Assembly: GCA_945903265.1 (NCBI GenBank)
Contig: CAMDNQ010000007.1
Coordinates: 26,111 to 90,110, forward strand
DNA length: 64,000 nt
Reading direction: 5' to 3'
Origin: Candidatus Sulfopaludibacter sp. SbA3
GTDB taxonomy: Bacteria > Acidobacteriota > Vicinamibacteria > Vicinamibacterales > UBA2999
The notes beneath the pieces were generated by a model. It was given only the letters and a program-made list of their open reading frames with translations, did not search any database and was not told the DNA's origin. Below, piece by piece: positions 9,602 to 19,041 of this stretch. Position numbers and translations under genes: made by a program. Every line of letters begins with the position of its first letter. Positions within the stretch are counted from its first letter, which is position 1.

Positions 9602-11506
9602 CTAAACGTCGAGCTCCTGCGCGTCCTCGGCGCGGTCCATGATGAACCTGAATCGCGCGGAGGCGTCCTTCCCCATCAGCTCGTTGATCACGCGGTCGGT
9701 CACGATCTGATCCGAGATCTCGACGCGGAGGAGCCGCCTGGTTTTGGGGTTGAGCGTCGTCTCCCAGAGCACTTTCGGCATCATCTCACCGAGACCCTTG
9801 AAGCGGGTGATGTCGGGATGCGAGCGCCCGTTGCCGTGCTGCTTGAGGATGCGGTCGCGATGCGGCTCGTCCAGCGCCCAGAACGTTTCTTTGCCGATAT
9901 CGATCCGGTAGAGAGGGGGCTGTGCGAGGAACACCCGCCCGTTCGCGATCAGCTGCGGTAGATGGCGATAGAGAAATGTAAGCAGCAGCGTGGCGATGTG
10001 ATGACCGTCGGAGTCCGCATCGGCAAGGATGACGACTTTGCCGTAGCGCAGGCGCCCGAGGTCGAAGTTCTTGCCCATCCCGCAGCCAAGCGCGGTGACG
10101 AGATCGGCGAGCTCCTTGTTCTCCAGCACCTTGGCGAGGGTCATGCCCTCCGTGTTCATCACTTTCCCGCGGAGCGGAAGGATGGCCTGCCGGCCGCGGT
10201 CGCGCCCCTGCTTGGCGGACCCTCCTGCGGAATCGCCTTCGACGACGAAGAGCTCGCTGTCCTCACGGCCCGCGCCGGTGCAGTCGCTCAACTTCCCCGG
10301 AAGATTGAGTCGCCCTGAGGTCGCCGTCTTGCGTGTGACCTCGGCCGAAGCGGCGCGGCTCGCCTCGCGAGCGCGCGCGGAAAGAATGATCCGCCCGACG
10401 ATCGCTTCGGCGACGCTGCGATTGTGATTGAGCCAGTGCTCCAGCGCCGGGCGGACCGCTGAATCGATGACGGATGTCAGCTCAGGATTGTTCAGCCGAT
10501 CCTTGGTCTGACCCTGAAACTGCGGTTCGGCAATAAAGATGCTGACGACGCCGGTGAGTCCTTCCCGGATGTCTTCGGCTGAGAGCGTGACGCCTTTCGG
10601 CGACAGGCTGTGCGTGTCGATGTAATTCCGCACGGCTTTGCCGAGACCCGCTCGAAGCCCGTTTTCGTGTGTCCCGCCCGAACCCGTGGGGATCCCGTTC
10701 ACGTAGCTGCGGATGTGTTCGTCGGTGGCTTCCGTCCACTGCAGGACCAGGTCAATCCGCGGTCCGCTCTCCCGCTCCTGCGTGAACGCGACATCGTGAA
10801 CCGGCTTCGCGCCCCGCTCGGCGACGATCTTCTTCAGGTAATCGAGAAGGCCTTCCTGATGCTGGAAAACTTCCCTGGTCTTAGCCGCTTCGTTCTCGAA
10901 GGTGACGCGTACACCCTTGTGGATGTAGCTGACGATCTCGAGCCGCTCGCGAATCACGGCGGGATCGAATTCGACCTTCGGAAAAATCGTGGGATCGGGA
11001 TGGAAGTAGACGGTGGTGCCGCTGCCGCGTGCGGGCCCCGCCTTCTTCAGCGGACCCGTCGGCTTGCCGCGGCGGAACGTCATCTCCCACTGCGAGCCGT
11101 CGCGCCTCACGGTCGCGTGCAGTTCGGTGGAGAGCGCATTCACGACGCTCGCGCCGACGCCGTGCAGGCCTCCGGCCGTCTTGTAGCTGCCGTGCTCGAA
11201 CTTCCCACCGGCATGGAGCACGGTGAAAATGACCTCGAGGGCGCTCTTCTTCGTTGCCGAATGCTTGTCTACGGGAATGCCGCGGCCGTCGTCTGCGATG
11301 GTGATTGAGCTGCCGTCGGTATGAAGGGTGACGACGATGTTCGAGGCAAACCCGTTCATCGCCTCGTCGACGGCGTTGTCCAGGATTTCCCAGACCAGAT
11401 GGTGGAGGCCGGCCGTGCCGACCCCACCGATATACATGCCGGGACGCTTGCGGACCGGCTCCAGTCCCTCGAGGACGGTGATGTCTTTGGCTGTGTAGTT
11501 ACTCAC
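9602..11506 (-). CDS. type IIA topoisomerase subunit B (GyrB/ParE family; ParE-like by sequence feel)
   Basis: VLEGLEPVRKRPGMYIGG, GLHHLVWEILDNAVDEA, LHAGGKF...GGLHGVGASVVNALS, Toprim EGDSAGGSAKQGRDR, PLRGKVMN. 634 aa. GTG start. Confidence 0.9.
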   Translation of the reverse strand: MSNYTAKDITVLEGLEPVRKRPGMYIGGVGTAGLHHLVWEILDNAVDEAMNGFASNIVVTLHTDGSSITIADDGRGIPVDKHSATKKSALEVIFTVLHAGGKFEHGSYKTAGGLHGVGASVVNALSTELHATVRRDGSQWEMTFRRGKPTGPLKKAGPARGSGTTVYFHPDPTIFPKVEFDPAVIRERLEIVSYIHKGVRVTFENEAAKTREVFQHQEGLLDYLKKIVAERGAKPVHDVAFTQERESGPRIDLVLQWTEATDEHIRSYVNGIPTGSGGTHENGLRAGLGKAVRNYIDTHSLSPKGVTLSAEDIREGLTGVVSIFIAEPQFQGQTKDRLNNPELTSVIDSAVRPALEHWLNHNRSVAEAIVGRIILSARAREASRAASAEVTRKTATSGRLNLPGKLSDCTGAGREDSELFVVEGDSAGGSAKQGRDRGRQAILPLRGKVMNTEGMTLAKVLENKELADLVTALGCGMGKNFDLGRLRYGKVVILADADSDGHHIATLLLTFLYRHLPQLIANGRVFLAQPPLYRIDIGKETFWALDEPHRDRILKQHGNGRSHPDITRFKGLGEMMPKVLWETTLNPKTRRLLRVEISDQIVTDRVINELMGKDASARFRFIMDRAEDAQELDV

Positions 11507-12980
11507 CCGTATCTGCGGCGACCGTTCGCGACTTCACGGTCTTTCTGGCCCGCGGCGTCGCCGGCTTCGCGACCTTCGCCCGGCTGCGCGGGGCTTTCGA
11601 CACAGCACTCGGAGCAGGACTCTTGCGGCGGCGGGTGCCCTTTGGCAACGGCCCATCTTCACCCAGGCCCTGGGCACTGGCTTCGATCACCGCGTCCACG
11701 ATGGGCCGGTCGGCCACGATTTCACCGGGCATCTCGCCCTCTACCGGCTCCGCCACGACATCGGCGACAGCCTCCGGAAGCGGCACGTTGCCCTGCGCGT
11801 TCGGGCGCGAGGCGAGCTTCTGACCCGGGAACAGGCGAATCGCACCCTGGCGATCGCGCTCGACGCGCAGCACGCCTTCCTTGCCGGCGGCGCGCATGAG
11901 GTCGTTGACCGACGCGAACCCGTAGTTGCGTTCGTCAAAACCGCTGATGGCGGTGCGCAGGAACTGCTTCGCCTGGCGCACGTACATCGGCCACCTGATT
12001 GGCGAGGCCGCGTCCGCGAACGCCGTCTGCACCGCGCGGATGCCGTCCTGCATTGTCATGGGCGAGACCGGCAGTGCTTCGTCGGCGTCGGGGTCGACGA
12101 CGCCATCCACGGGGGCCACGGCCGGTTGCGATGGTGGCGCCGCACGGACTACCGGCGCGACGGGCTCCGCTGACGCGGTCGCATGATCCGCATGGTCGCC
12201 ATCCGGCGATTCGACCAGAATGCTCCGGCCTACATGTCGCAACGTCACGGCTCCAGAGGCCGCGATCTTCTCCATGAAGTCGCGGAAGCTGCCGGCGCCG
12301 TATTCCCGTTCCGAGAATGTCGAGTCGAGCTGCAGCAGCGTGCTCTTGAGAAGACCGAGCTGCGGCGTCGCTTCGCGTTCGGACAGGACCTTCAGGGCAC
12401 GCCGCACGAGCGGGAGTGCTTCGGCCACCTGCGTGGAGCCGCCGCTGGAAGGCTGCTTCGCGCCACGTCCCGACGAGCGCCCGCTGCTGCGGGTCACCGC
12501 CGCGAGATTCTCGTACGCGATGAACTCGTGGCAGTTCTTCTGCATCGTCGCGCTGGTGAACTGCCGGCCGCCGACGACCAGCACTTTGCGGCCGTACTGC
12601 TTGAGTTTTTCGACCAGGGAGATGAAGTCACTGTCGCCGCCGACGATGACGAAGGTGTTGATGTGGCTGTGTGTGAAGGCGAGCTCGAGCGCGTCGAGCG
12701 CCATGGTGATGTCGGCGCCATTCTTGTCGCCGCCCGGCGTCATCGTGCGCTGGACCATCCGGATCGCATGCTGCGCGAGCACGCGGCTGTAATCGCCGGC
12801 GCGCTTCCAGTCGCTGTACGCAATCTTGGTCACAATCTCGCCGCGCTCTTTAATCGCTTCGAGCACGAGCCCGATATCGAACTGACCGCCGATCGTGTTC
12901 TTGACGCCGATCTCGACGTTGTCGAAATCAATGAAAACCGCAATGCGGCTGGTGCTGGGAATCTCTGTAGTGATGTTCAT
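11499..12980 (-). CDS. NYN (LabA-like) domain protein with two OST-HTH/LOTUS domains and a Lys/Arg-rich C-terminal tail
   Basis: The NYN core is RIAVFIDFDNV...ADITMALDALELA...FVIVGGDSDFISLVEKLKQYGRKVLVVG. Two LOTUS-like segments are present (...FSEREYGAGSFRDFMEKI... and ...FDERNYGFASVNDLMRAAG...). The tail is KGTRRRKSPAPSAVSKAPRSRAKVAKPATPRARKTVKSR. The last 8 nt overlap the subunit B start. Confidence 0.78.
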   Translation of the reverse strand: MNITTEIPSTSRIAVFIDFDNVEIGVKNTIGGQFDIGLVLEAIKERGEIVTKIAYSDWKRAGDYSRVLAQHAIRMVQRTMTPGGDKNGADITMALDALELAFTHSHINTFVIVGGDSDFISLVEKLKQYGRKVLVVGGRQFTSATMQKNCHEFIAYENLAAVTRSSGRSSGRGAKQPSSGGSTQVAEALPLVRRALKVLSEREATPQLGLLKSTLLQLDSTFSEREYGAGSFRDFMEKIAASGAVTLRHVGRSILVESPDGDHADHATASAEPVAPVVRAAPPSQPAVAPVDGVVDPDADEALPVSPMTMQDGIRAVQTAFADAASPIRWPMYVRQAKQFLRTAISGFDERNYGFASVNDLMRAAGKEGVLRVERDRQGAIRLFPGQKLASRPNAQGNVPLPEAVADVVAEPVEGEMPGEIVADRPIVDAVIEASAQGLGEDGPLPKGTRRRKSPAPSAVSKAPRSRAKVAKPATPRARKTVKSRTVAADTGE

Positions 12981-13080
12981 GAACTCTCTGGCGCCTGGCG
13001 GCGCCGCGTGAAATGCCTTGGAAGGGCCTGACTTATTGGCCTCCGACAGTATAGCAGTCGGGCTATCCCCCTGCCTGACA

Positions 13081-15486
13081 TTAATTTACAGCCGTTCCGT
13101 CGAGCGGCTGCGGGTTGGGGACTTCGGGCGGAATCACCCGCGTAAACTGCCCCCGCTGCAGGAGTTCGCGCCCCTTGCCGCCCCGCCCGGTCACCTCGTA
13201 TTTGGCCGTACTGATGGTCTGCTCGCTGCCGCGGCTCGTCTCGACCCGCATGAGGTCCCGGTCGCCGGTCGACGCCATGAATCCGAGGACCTTGTCGTCC
13301 TTTTCCGTGAGCTTGATCAGAATGACGCCCTTGCCGGGCCCTGACAGGTAGTTCACCTCGTCGGCGCGGCACAGCAGCGCACGGGCGCTTTGCGTCGCGG
13401 CGATGACGATCTCTTCGCCGGTGACCCGTTCCACGCCGGTGACTTCGACGCCCTGCGACGGGCGGGCGTAGCGGCGGCCGGCGCGCGTGCTCGGCTCGAG
13501 GAACGACTCGAAGCTGAATCGCAGGCTGTACCCGTCGCTCGTCACGGCCAGCGCGTGGACGGGCGGTGGATCGCCTTCTTTCTTCGCGGCGATCTTTCCG
13601 CTGACCCGGGGATCGAGGCTGAACGCCGCGATCACGCGCTCGCCGTCACGGAGCTTGAACAGCTTCTGCACCGGCTCTCCGTACCCGGTTGACGCAGGCA
13701 CGTCGATGATGCGCGCCGTGTAGGCCGCGCCGAAGTTGGTGAAGAGCACGATGCTCGCGCGCGTGCTCCCTGGCAGCACCGCCAGCACCGCATCCCCCTC
13801 GCGAAGGCGCGTCGTGGACAGATCGCGCACCTCCTTCTGGCGCTTGAGCCATCCGTCGCGCGACACGATGACGACGTTGTCTTCCTCGACGATGAAGTCA
13901 TCAGCCGTGAACGTGACTTCCTCGACCGTCTCGATGATCGAGCGGCGCGGGTCGCCCTTGCCGCCGTAGGTCTTCTCGATGGCTTCGATTTCCTCCCGGA
14001 CGATCGTCCAGCGTCCGTCTTCGTCCTTCAGCAGCCCCCCGATCTGGCGCGCGCGCTTGCGCTTCTCCGCCAGCTCGTTCTGAATGACGAGGATTTCGAG
14101 CCGGGCGAGCCGATACAGTTTCAATTCGAGGATGGCGTCGGTCTGGTCGGCATCGAGCGCGAAGCGCTTCATGATCTTGTCGGCGGCGTCGGCTTTCCCG
14201 TCCGACTTCCGAATCAGCTTCAGGATCTCGTCGAGCGCGTCGAAAATCTTCTCGAAGCCCTCGAGAATGTGGATGCGTTTCTTCAGCGCTTCCAGCTCGT
14301 GCTCGAGCCGATTGGTCACGACCTCGAGGCGGAAGTGCAGGAAGTGCCAGAGGATCGACTTGAGATCGAGGCGCTCCGGGCGGCCCACTTCCGCGTTCTC
14401 CGTCGGAATGAGACAGGTCAGATTGACGATGAAGTTGGACTGGAGCGGCGTGTTCTTGAAGAGATACGCCATCACCATCTTCACGTCGGCGTCTTTTTTC
14501 AGCTCCAGCTCGATGCGCACGTCGTCCGTGGAGATGTCACGGACGTCGAGCAACTGGGGCAGCTTGCGCGACAGGACCACGTCGGCAATCCGTTCGACGA
14601 GCGTGGACTTGTTCGTGAAGTAGGGCACGCTCGTGATGAAGATCTTCTGGCCGCCGCGCGAGGACGGCCCTTCCTCCCACGTGGCTCGCAGGCGCACCGT
14701 GCCCGATCCGGTCCTGTAAATCTCCTTCAACTCGTCGGGGGAATTGAGAATCTGCCCGCCCGTCGGGAAGTCGGGACCTTTGACCCAGCGGCACAACTGA
14801 ACGCTGCTGAGATCCGGGTTGTCGAGCAACTTGAGCAGCGCCGTGCAGATTTCGCCCAGGTTGTGCGGCGGGATGCTGGTCGCCATACCGACCGCGATCC
14901 CGGTTGTCCCGTTGATCAACAGATTCGGGATGCGCGCCGGCAACACGACAGGCTCGGTCTTCGTGCCGTCGTAGTTCGGCTTGAAGGCGACGGTCGCCTG
15001 ATCGATTTCCGTCAGCATCTCGTCCGAGATGCGGGCCAGGCGGCATTCCGTGTAGCGCATCGCCGCGGCGCTGTCGCCGTCGAGGGACCCGAAGTTCCCC
15101 GACCCGTCCACCAGCGGATAGCGCAGCGAGAATGACTGCGCCATGCGGACGAGCGTTTCGTAGAGCGCCGCGTCGCCGTGTGGGTGGAAGCTGCCCATGA
15201 CGTCGCCAACGACCTTCGCGCACTTTCGATGCTTGGTGTCAGCGGTCAGGTTCTGCTGCCACATCGCGTACAGGATGCGGCGCTGGACGGGCTTCAATCC
15301 GTCCCGCACATCGGGAAGCGCGCGCGATGTGATGACGGACAACGCGTAGTTCAGATAACGCGTCTGCGCGGCTTCGTGCAGCGGCACGGCCTCGAGAAAT
15401 CCCCCCGGGGGCGGCGGGACGCCTCCGGATGATTCGCTCGCCGGCATGTCGAAGAGAGAAGGAGAAGACTTGCGCGCCTTGGCCAT
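13081..15486 (-). CDS. type IIA topoisomerase subunit A (GyrA/ParC family)
   Basis: [54 protein letters not shown], and active-site [11 protein letters not shown]. 801 aa. Confidence 0.9.
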   Translation of the reverse strand: MAKARKSSPSLFDMPASESSGGVPPPPGGFLEAVPLHEAAQTRYLNYALSVITSRALPDVRDGLKPVQRRILYAMWQQNLTADTKHRKCAKVVGDVMGSFHPHGDAALYETLVRMAQSFSLRYPLVDGSGNFGSLDGDSAAAMRYTECRLARISDEMLTEIDQATVAFKPNYDGTKTEPVVLPARIPNLLINGTTGIAVGMATSIPPHNLGEICTALLKLLDNPDLSSVQLCRWVKGPDFPTGGQILNSPDELKEIYRTGSGTVRLRATWEEGPSSRGGQKIFITSVPYFTNKSTLVERIADVVLSRKLPQLLDVRDISTDDVRIELELKKDADVKMVMAYLFKNTPLQSNFIVNLTCLIPTENAEVGRPERLDLKSILWHFLHFRLEVVTNRLEHELEALKKRIHILEGFEKIFDALDEILKLIRKSDGKADAADKIMKRFALDADQTDAILELKLYRLARLEILVIQNELAEKRKRARQIGGLLKDEDGRWTIVREEIEAIEKTYGGKGDPRRSIIETVEEVTFTADDFIVEEDNVVIVSRDGWLKRQKEVRDLSTTRLREGDAVLAVLPGSTRASIVLFTNFGAAYTARIIDVPASTGYGEPVQKLFKLRDGERVIAAFSLDPRVSGKIAAKKEGDPPPVHALAVTSDGYSLRFSFESFLEPSTRAGRRYARPSQGVEVTGVERVTGEEIVIAATQSARALLCRADEVNYLSGPGKGVILIKLTEKDDKVLGFMASTGDRDLMRVETSRGSEQTISTAKYEVTGRGGKGRELLQRGQFTRVIPPEVPNPQPLDGTAVN

Positions 15487-15489
15487 GTC

Positions 15490-16935
15490 TTAGCGGGGGG
15501 ATGCGGTGAACATCTTACCGGGGTTCATCAGGTTATCGGGGTCCAGCGCACGCTTGATCGCGCGCATCACGTCGAGCGCGTCGCCATGCTCGGCGTGCAG
15601 ATAGTCCATCTTGCCGATGCCGACGCCATGCTCGCCGCTGCAGGTCCCGCCCATCGCCTGGGCGCGCTTGACGAGGCGCGCATTAATCGCGGTGGCCTCG
15701 GCGAGCTCGGCCGGGTTGTCGGGATCGAGCACGAACACGAAGTGGAAGTTGCCGTCGCCGACGTGACCCATCAGCGGCGCGATCAGCGAAGACGCCTGCA
15801 CGTCGCGGCGTGTGTCGAGAATGCACTCGGCCAGGCGCGAGATCGGCACGCACACATCGGTCGTCCATGGCTTCGCGCCAGGACGAAGCGCGATCGACGC
15901 GTAGAAGGCGTTGTGGCGCGCCTGCCAGAGTCGCGTGCGGTCCTCCGGCGTCGATGCCCACTCGAATCCGGACCCGCCCTGCTCCGCGGCAATCTCCTGG
16001 GCGGTGCCCGCGTGCTCGGTAACCGCGGCGGCGCTGGTCCCGTGAAACTCGAAGAACAGGGTCGGCTTCGGTGGATACGACAGCTTCGAGTACTTGTTGA
16101 CGGCTTCGATCTGCAGCTCGTCGAGCAGTTCGAGACGGGCGACCGGAATCCCCAGCTGAATCGTCGTCATCGCCGTGCGCACGGCGCCTTCCATCGTCTC
16201 GAACTGGCAGACGGCCGCCGACACCGCCTCCGGCAGCCCGAAGAGACGCAGCGTCAGCTCGGTGATGACACCAAGGGTTCCCTCGGAGCCGACGAACAAC
16301 CGCGTCAGGTCGTAGCCGGACGATGACTTCCGCGCACGGCCGCCGGTGCGGATGATCCGTCCGTCCGCCAGGACGACCGTCATTCCGAGGACCACGTCGC
16401 GCATGGTGCCGTAGCGAACGGCCGTCGTTCCTGACGCGCGCGTGGCCGCCATGCCGCCAATCGTCGCGTCAGCGCCCGGATCTACCCAGAAGGCGACCCC
16501 GGTGTTGGCCAGCGCCTTGTTCAACTGCCGGTGCGTGACGCCGGCCTCAACGTCGCAATCAAGGTCGTCCGCGCTGACACGCAGCACGCGGTTCATGCGC
16601 GAACAATCGAGCGAGACGCCGCCGTGAAGGGCGTTCACGTGTCCTTCGAGCGACGACCCGACGCCGAACGGCACGATGGGCGCGCCATGCCTGGTCGCAA
16701 TGCGGACGATGGCCGCCACCTCCTCGGTCGTCGCCGGAAACACGACGACGTCCGGAGCGCCGGCGGCGTGCCACGACTCGCCGTGGCTGTGGTGCTCGAT
16801 CTGCGTGGGATTCGTACTGCACCGCTCGCCGATCGCGGTGGATAAATCTGCAATGAGGGCGTCGCGCGCGCTTCCGGACAGGACCGATGTCATCAGCGTT
16901 GTATTATCAATCTTCCGCGTCCATCCGGCGCTCAT
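15490..16935 (-). CDS. FAD-linked oxidase (GlcD / D-lactate dehydrogenase family)
   Basis: PCMH-type FAD-binding region VVVFPATTEEVAAIVRIATRHGAPIVPFGVGSSLEGH. C-terminal GGTCSGEHGVGIGK. The stop lies 3 nt before the subunit A start. Confidence 0.82.
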   Translation of the reverse strand: MSAGWTRKIDNTTLMTSVLSGSARDALIADLSTAIGERCSTNPTQIEHHSHGESWHAAGAPDVVVFPATTEEVAAIVRIATRHGAPIVPFGVGSSLEGHVNALHGGVSLDCSRMNRVLRVSADDLDCDVEAGVTHRQLNKALANTGVAFWVDPGADATIGGMAATRASGTTAVRYGTMRDVVLGMTVVLADGRIIRTGGRARKSSSGYDLTRLFVGSEGTLGVITELTLRLFGLPEAVSAAVCQFETMEGAVRTAMTTIQLGIPVARLELLDELQIEAVNKYSKLSYPPKPTLFFEFHGTSAAAVTEHAGTAQEIAAEQGGSGFEWASTPEDRTRLWQARHNAFYASIALRPGAKPWTTDVCVPISRLAECILDTRRDVQASSLIAPLMGHVGDGNFHFVFVLDPDNPAELAEATAINARLVKRAQAMGGTCSGEHGVGIGKMDYLHAEHGDALDVMRAIKRALDPDNLMNPGKMFTASPR

Positions 16936-16964
16936 CCAGGCGCATCTGCAAGAGGTTCAGGCTC

Positions 16965-17738
16965 GTGAAGTCCCCGTTTACCAGCAAGACACTCTCCTTT
17001 CTCCGTTCACTGAAGCGCAACAACGATCGCGAGTGGTTCCGGTCGCGCAAGCCCCAATACGAGCAGCATGTGCGCGGTCCGATGGTGGAGCTCCTGGCGC
17101 AGCTCGCCCAGGATCTGCCCGCCTTCGCTCCCGATCACGTGTCGGACCCGCGTGTCTCGCTGTACCGCATCTATCGCGACACGCGTTTCAGCGGCGATAA
17201 GCGTCCCCTCAAAACGCACGTTGCGGCGCACTTTCCGTCGCGCAAGTTTGCCCGCGGCGAAGGTGCCGGCCTCTATCTCGAGATCGCGCCCACCTGGGTC
17301 TGGATCGGCGGCGGCCTCTACATGCCCTCGTCCACCGACCTCCGGGCCATCCGTGCACGGATTGGTACGCGCCACCGGGCCCTCGACCGCATCGTCACCA
17401 CACCGGCGTTCCGCCGCGCCGTGGGACGCCTCGAGGGCGACCAGCTTTCGCGCATCCCGCGTGGCTACGCGAAGGATCATCCGGGCGAGCACTACCTTCG
17501 TTTCAAGCAGTTTCTCGCCGGGCGCGAGTTCGAGGCGGAGCTGGCGACGCGCGGCCGGTTTTACTCGGACGTGCTGTCGATCTTCCGCGCCGTCGCGCCG
17601 CTCGTGCAATTTCTTAATAGCGCGCTCCTTGCCGAACCGCGGGGGACTGCACCGGTTACGAGCGCCCTCGACCCGTCACCGCTGCCAGGTCTGCGGCAAA
17701 TCGCGGAGCGTCGGCCGGATCCAGCGCCGATGTGGTGA
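16965..17738 (+). CDS. DUF2461 (TIGR02453) family protein
   Basis: LSFLRSLKRNNDREWFRSRKPQYEQHV is typical of the family. I chose GTG 16965 as the start, because the ATG at 16887 would overlap the divergent oxidase gene. Confidence 0.65.
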   Translation: MKSPFTSKTLSFLRSLKRNNDREWFRSRKPQYEQHVRGPMVELLAQLAQDLPAFAPDHVSDPRVSLYRIYRDTRFSGDKRPLKTHVAAHFPSRKFARGEGAGLYLEIAPTWVWIGGGLYMPSSTDLRAIRARIGTRHRALDRIVTTPAFRRAVGRLEGDQLSRIPRGYAKDHPGEHYLRFKQFLAGREFEAELATRGRFYSDVLSIFRAVAPLVQFLNSALLAEPRGTAPVTSALDPSPLPGLRQIAERRPDPAPMW

Positions 17739-18945
17739 CCCGAATTGCCGGCTGGCTGCGCGTCCGGAATGGTTCGCCGGCCGCGACGGCCCACCCTCGA
17801 ACCATCAGCGCGGCGACGACTGCCGTCTCCTCGCGAACTGGAAGCCACACATTGAATCCGGATTTCGCCGAGGCGGCGATGCCCCGTTCTGCGAGGGCCG
17901 ACAGCACGGCGGCGCGTCGCAGAGCGTAGGTCTCCGCGGCGCGGGCAAGCCGCCGCCCGCCCGATGGATCCGACCAGCAGGCGAGCACCAGCCGCTGCAC
18001 GATGCGACTGACCCATCGTGCGCCGAGCGCCTGCCGGTGGCGCACGCGCGCAATCGTGAGCGGGTCGCCGGACACGAGAGCGAGACGCAGATCCGGACCG
18101 AGGAACTTCGACGTGGAGCGAACGATTGCCCATCGCCCTGCGTGGGTTCCGCGAACGGGAGCGATGGGCACGCCGGCAATCGGCGCTGCGTAGTCGTTCT
18201 CGATCACGACGACATCGGGATGCGGTTTGAGAATGCGGCGAAGGTCGGCCGCCCTGGCGTCGCTGATCGCCGCCCCTGTCGGATTCTGGGCGCGCGACGT
18301 CACGACGACGGCGCGGCACCCGGCGGCGACGGCCCTGGCCAGCGACTCCGGCTCGGGACCGTCGGCGTCGACGGTGACCGGCATCGGGACAAAGCCGGAG
18401 GTCGCGACGAGCTCGCGAATGTCCGGGAGCGTGGGGTCTTCAATTGCCACCGCGTCGCCGGTTTTCACGTGCTCCCAGAGAATCCGCTCGATCGCGTCGA
18501 GCGCACCCGTCGCTATGGTGAGGTCGGCCGCCGGGATGCCGTCGGCGTCGAGTTCCATCGCGGCAAATGCCATCAACGACGGGTCGAGCGGCGCACGGTC
18601 GTCCGGGTCGAACCGGGAAATCAGGTGAGTCGGAAGGTCGAGCGGGAGAAGACTCGGGTCGGGGTTCCCGCTGGCCAGGTCCACGACGTCGTCGGGTATC
18701 GCGACGGGGAGACGCGCGGCCGGGAGAGGAACCGGGGAAACGACCCTGGTGCCTCGACGGCCGCCTCCTGACGTTAACCCACGCGCCTGCAGTAGTTTAT
18801 AGGCAGCGGCAACAGTCGCAGGGCTGACATTCAGCTTCGCCGCGACGGTCCGGACAGGAGGGAGCCGGGTGTCGGGATTGGCCGGAACCAGCTGCTGCTC
18901 AATCGACAGGGCGATAGCAGCAGCGGTCCGGCCGGTGATCTTCAT
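17656..18945 (-). CDS. MocR/PdxR-type regulator (GntR wHTH fused to a fold-type I aminotransferase domain)
   Basis: N-terminal LPPVRTVAAKLNVSPATVAAAYKLLQARGL. C-terminal aminotransferase-like domain with STSKFLGPDLRLA, the putative PLP lysine. Confidence 0.82.
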   Translation of the reverse strand: MKITGRTAAAIALSIEQQLVPANPDTRLPPVRTVAAKLNVSPATVAAAYKLLQARGLTSGGGRRGTRVVSPVPLPAARLPVAIPDDVVDLASGNPDPSLLPLDLPTHLISRFDPDDRAPLDPSLMAFAAMELDADGIPAADLTIATGALDAIERILWEHVKTGDAVAIEDPTLPDIRELVATSGFVPMPVTVDADGPEPESLARAVAAGCRAVVVTSRAQNPTGAAISDARAADLRRILKPHPDVVVIENDYAAPIAGVPIAPVRGTHAGRWAIVRSTSKFLGPDLRLALVSGDPLTIARVRHRQALGARWVSRIVQRLVLACWSDPSGGRRLARAAETYALRRAAVLSALAERGIAASAKSGFNVWLPVREETAVVAALMVRGWAVAAGEPFRTRSQPAIRVTTSALDPADAPRFAADLAAVTGRGRS

Positions 18946-18949
18946 TTAT

Positions 18950-18981
18950 GTTCTAGTACAAATAGATTGTTGTACTTGAAC
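18950..18981. promoter_or_regulatory. candidate operator: 12-bp imperfect inverted repeat GTTCTAGTACAA-N8-TTGTACTTGAAC
   Basis: 11/12 complementary. Lies in the only AT-rich stretch between the divergent MocR-type and MutS-like genes. Confidence 0.4.
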
Positions 18982-19041
18982 ATATTACCACTGCAGGACT
19001 GGCCCCGCGACGGGCCGTCTGGCGCTCGGAGAGAATGAGAC

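Noticed and set aside
12981-13080. Internal promoter (TATACT at about 13043-13048 on the minus strand) ahead of the NYN/LOTUS gene
   Set aside because: There is no acceptable -35 at 16-18 nt spacing. The 100-nt gap may still hold a promoter, but I cannot support one from sequence alone.
13081-15486. Deciding gyrase versus topo IV from a GyrA-box-like GRGGKG near the C-terminus of subunit A and the IFTVLHAGGKF motif in subunit B
   Set aside because: The GRGGKG is not at the usual position (the start of the C-terminal domain), and the subunit B cue is weak. I left both as GyrA/ParC and GyrB/ParE family. The call needs phylogeny and a check for a second pair in the genome.
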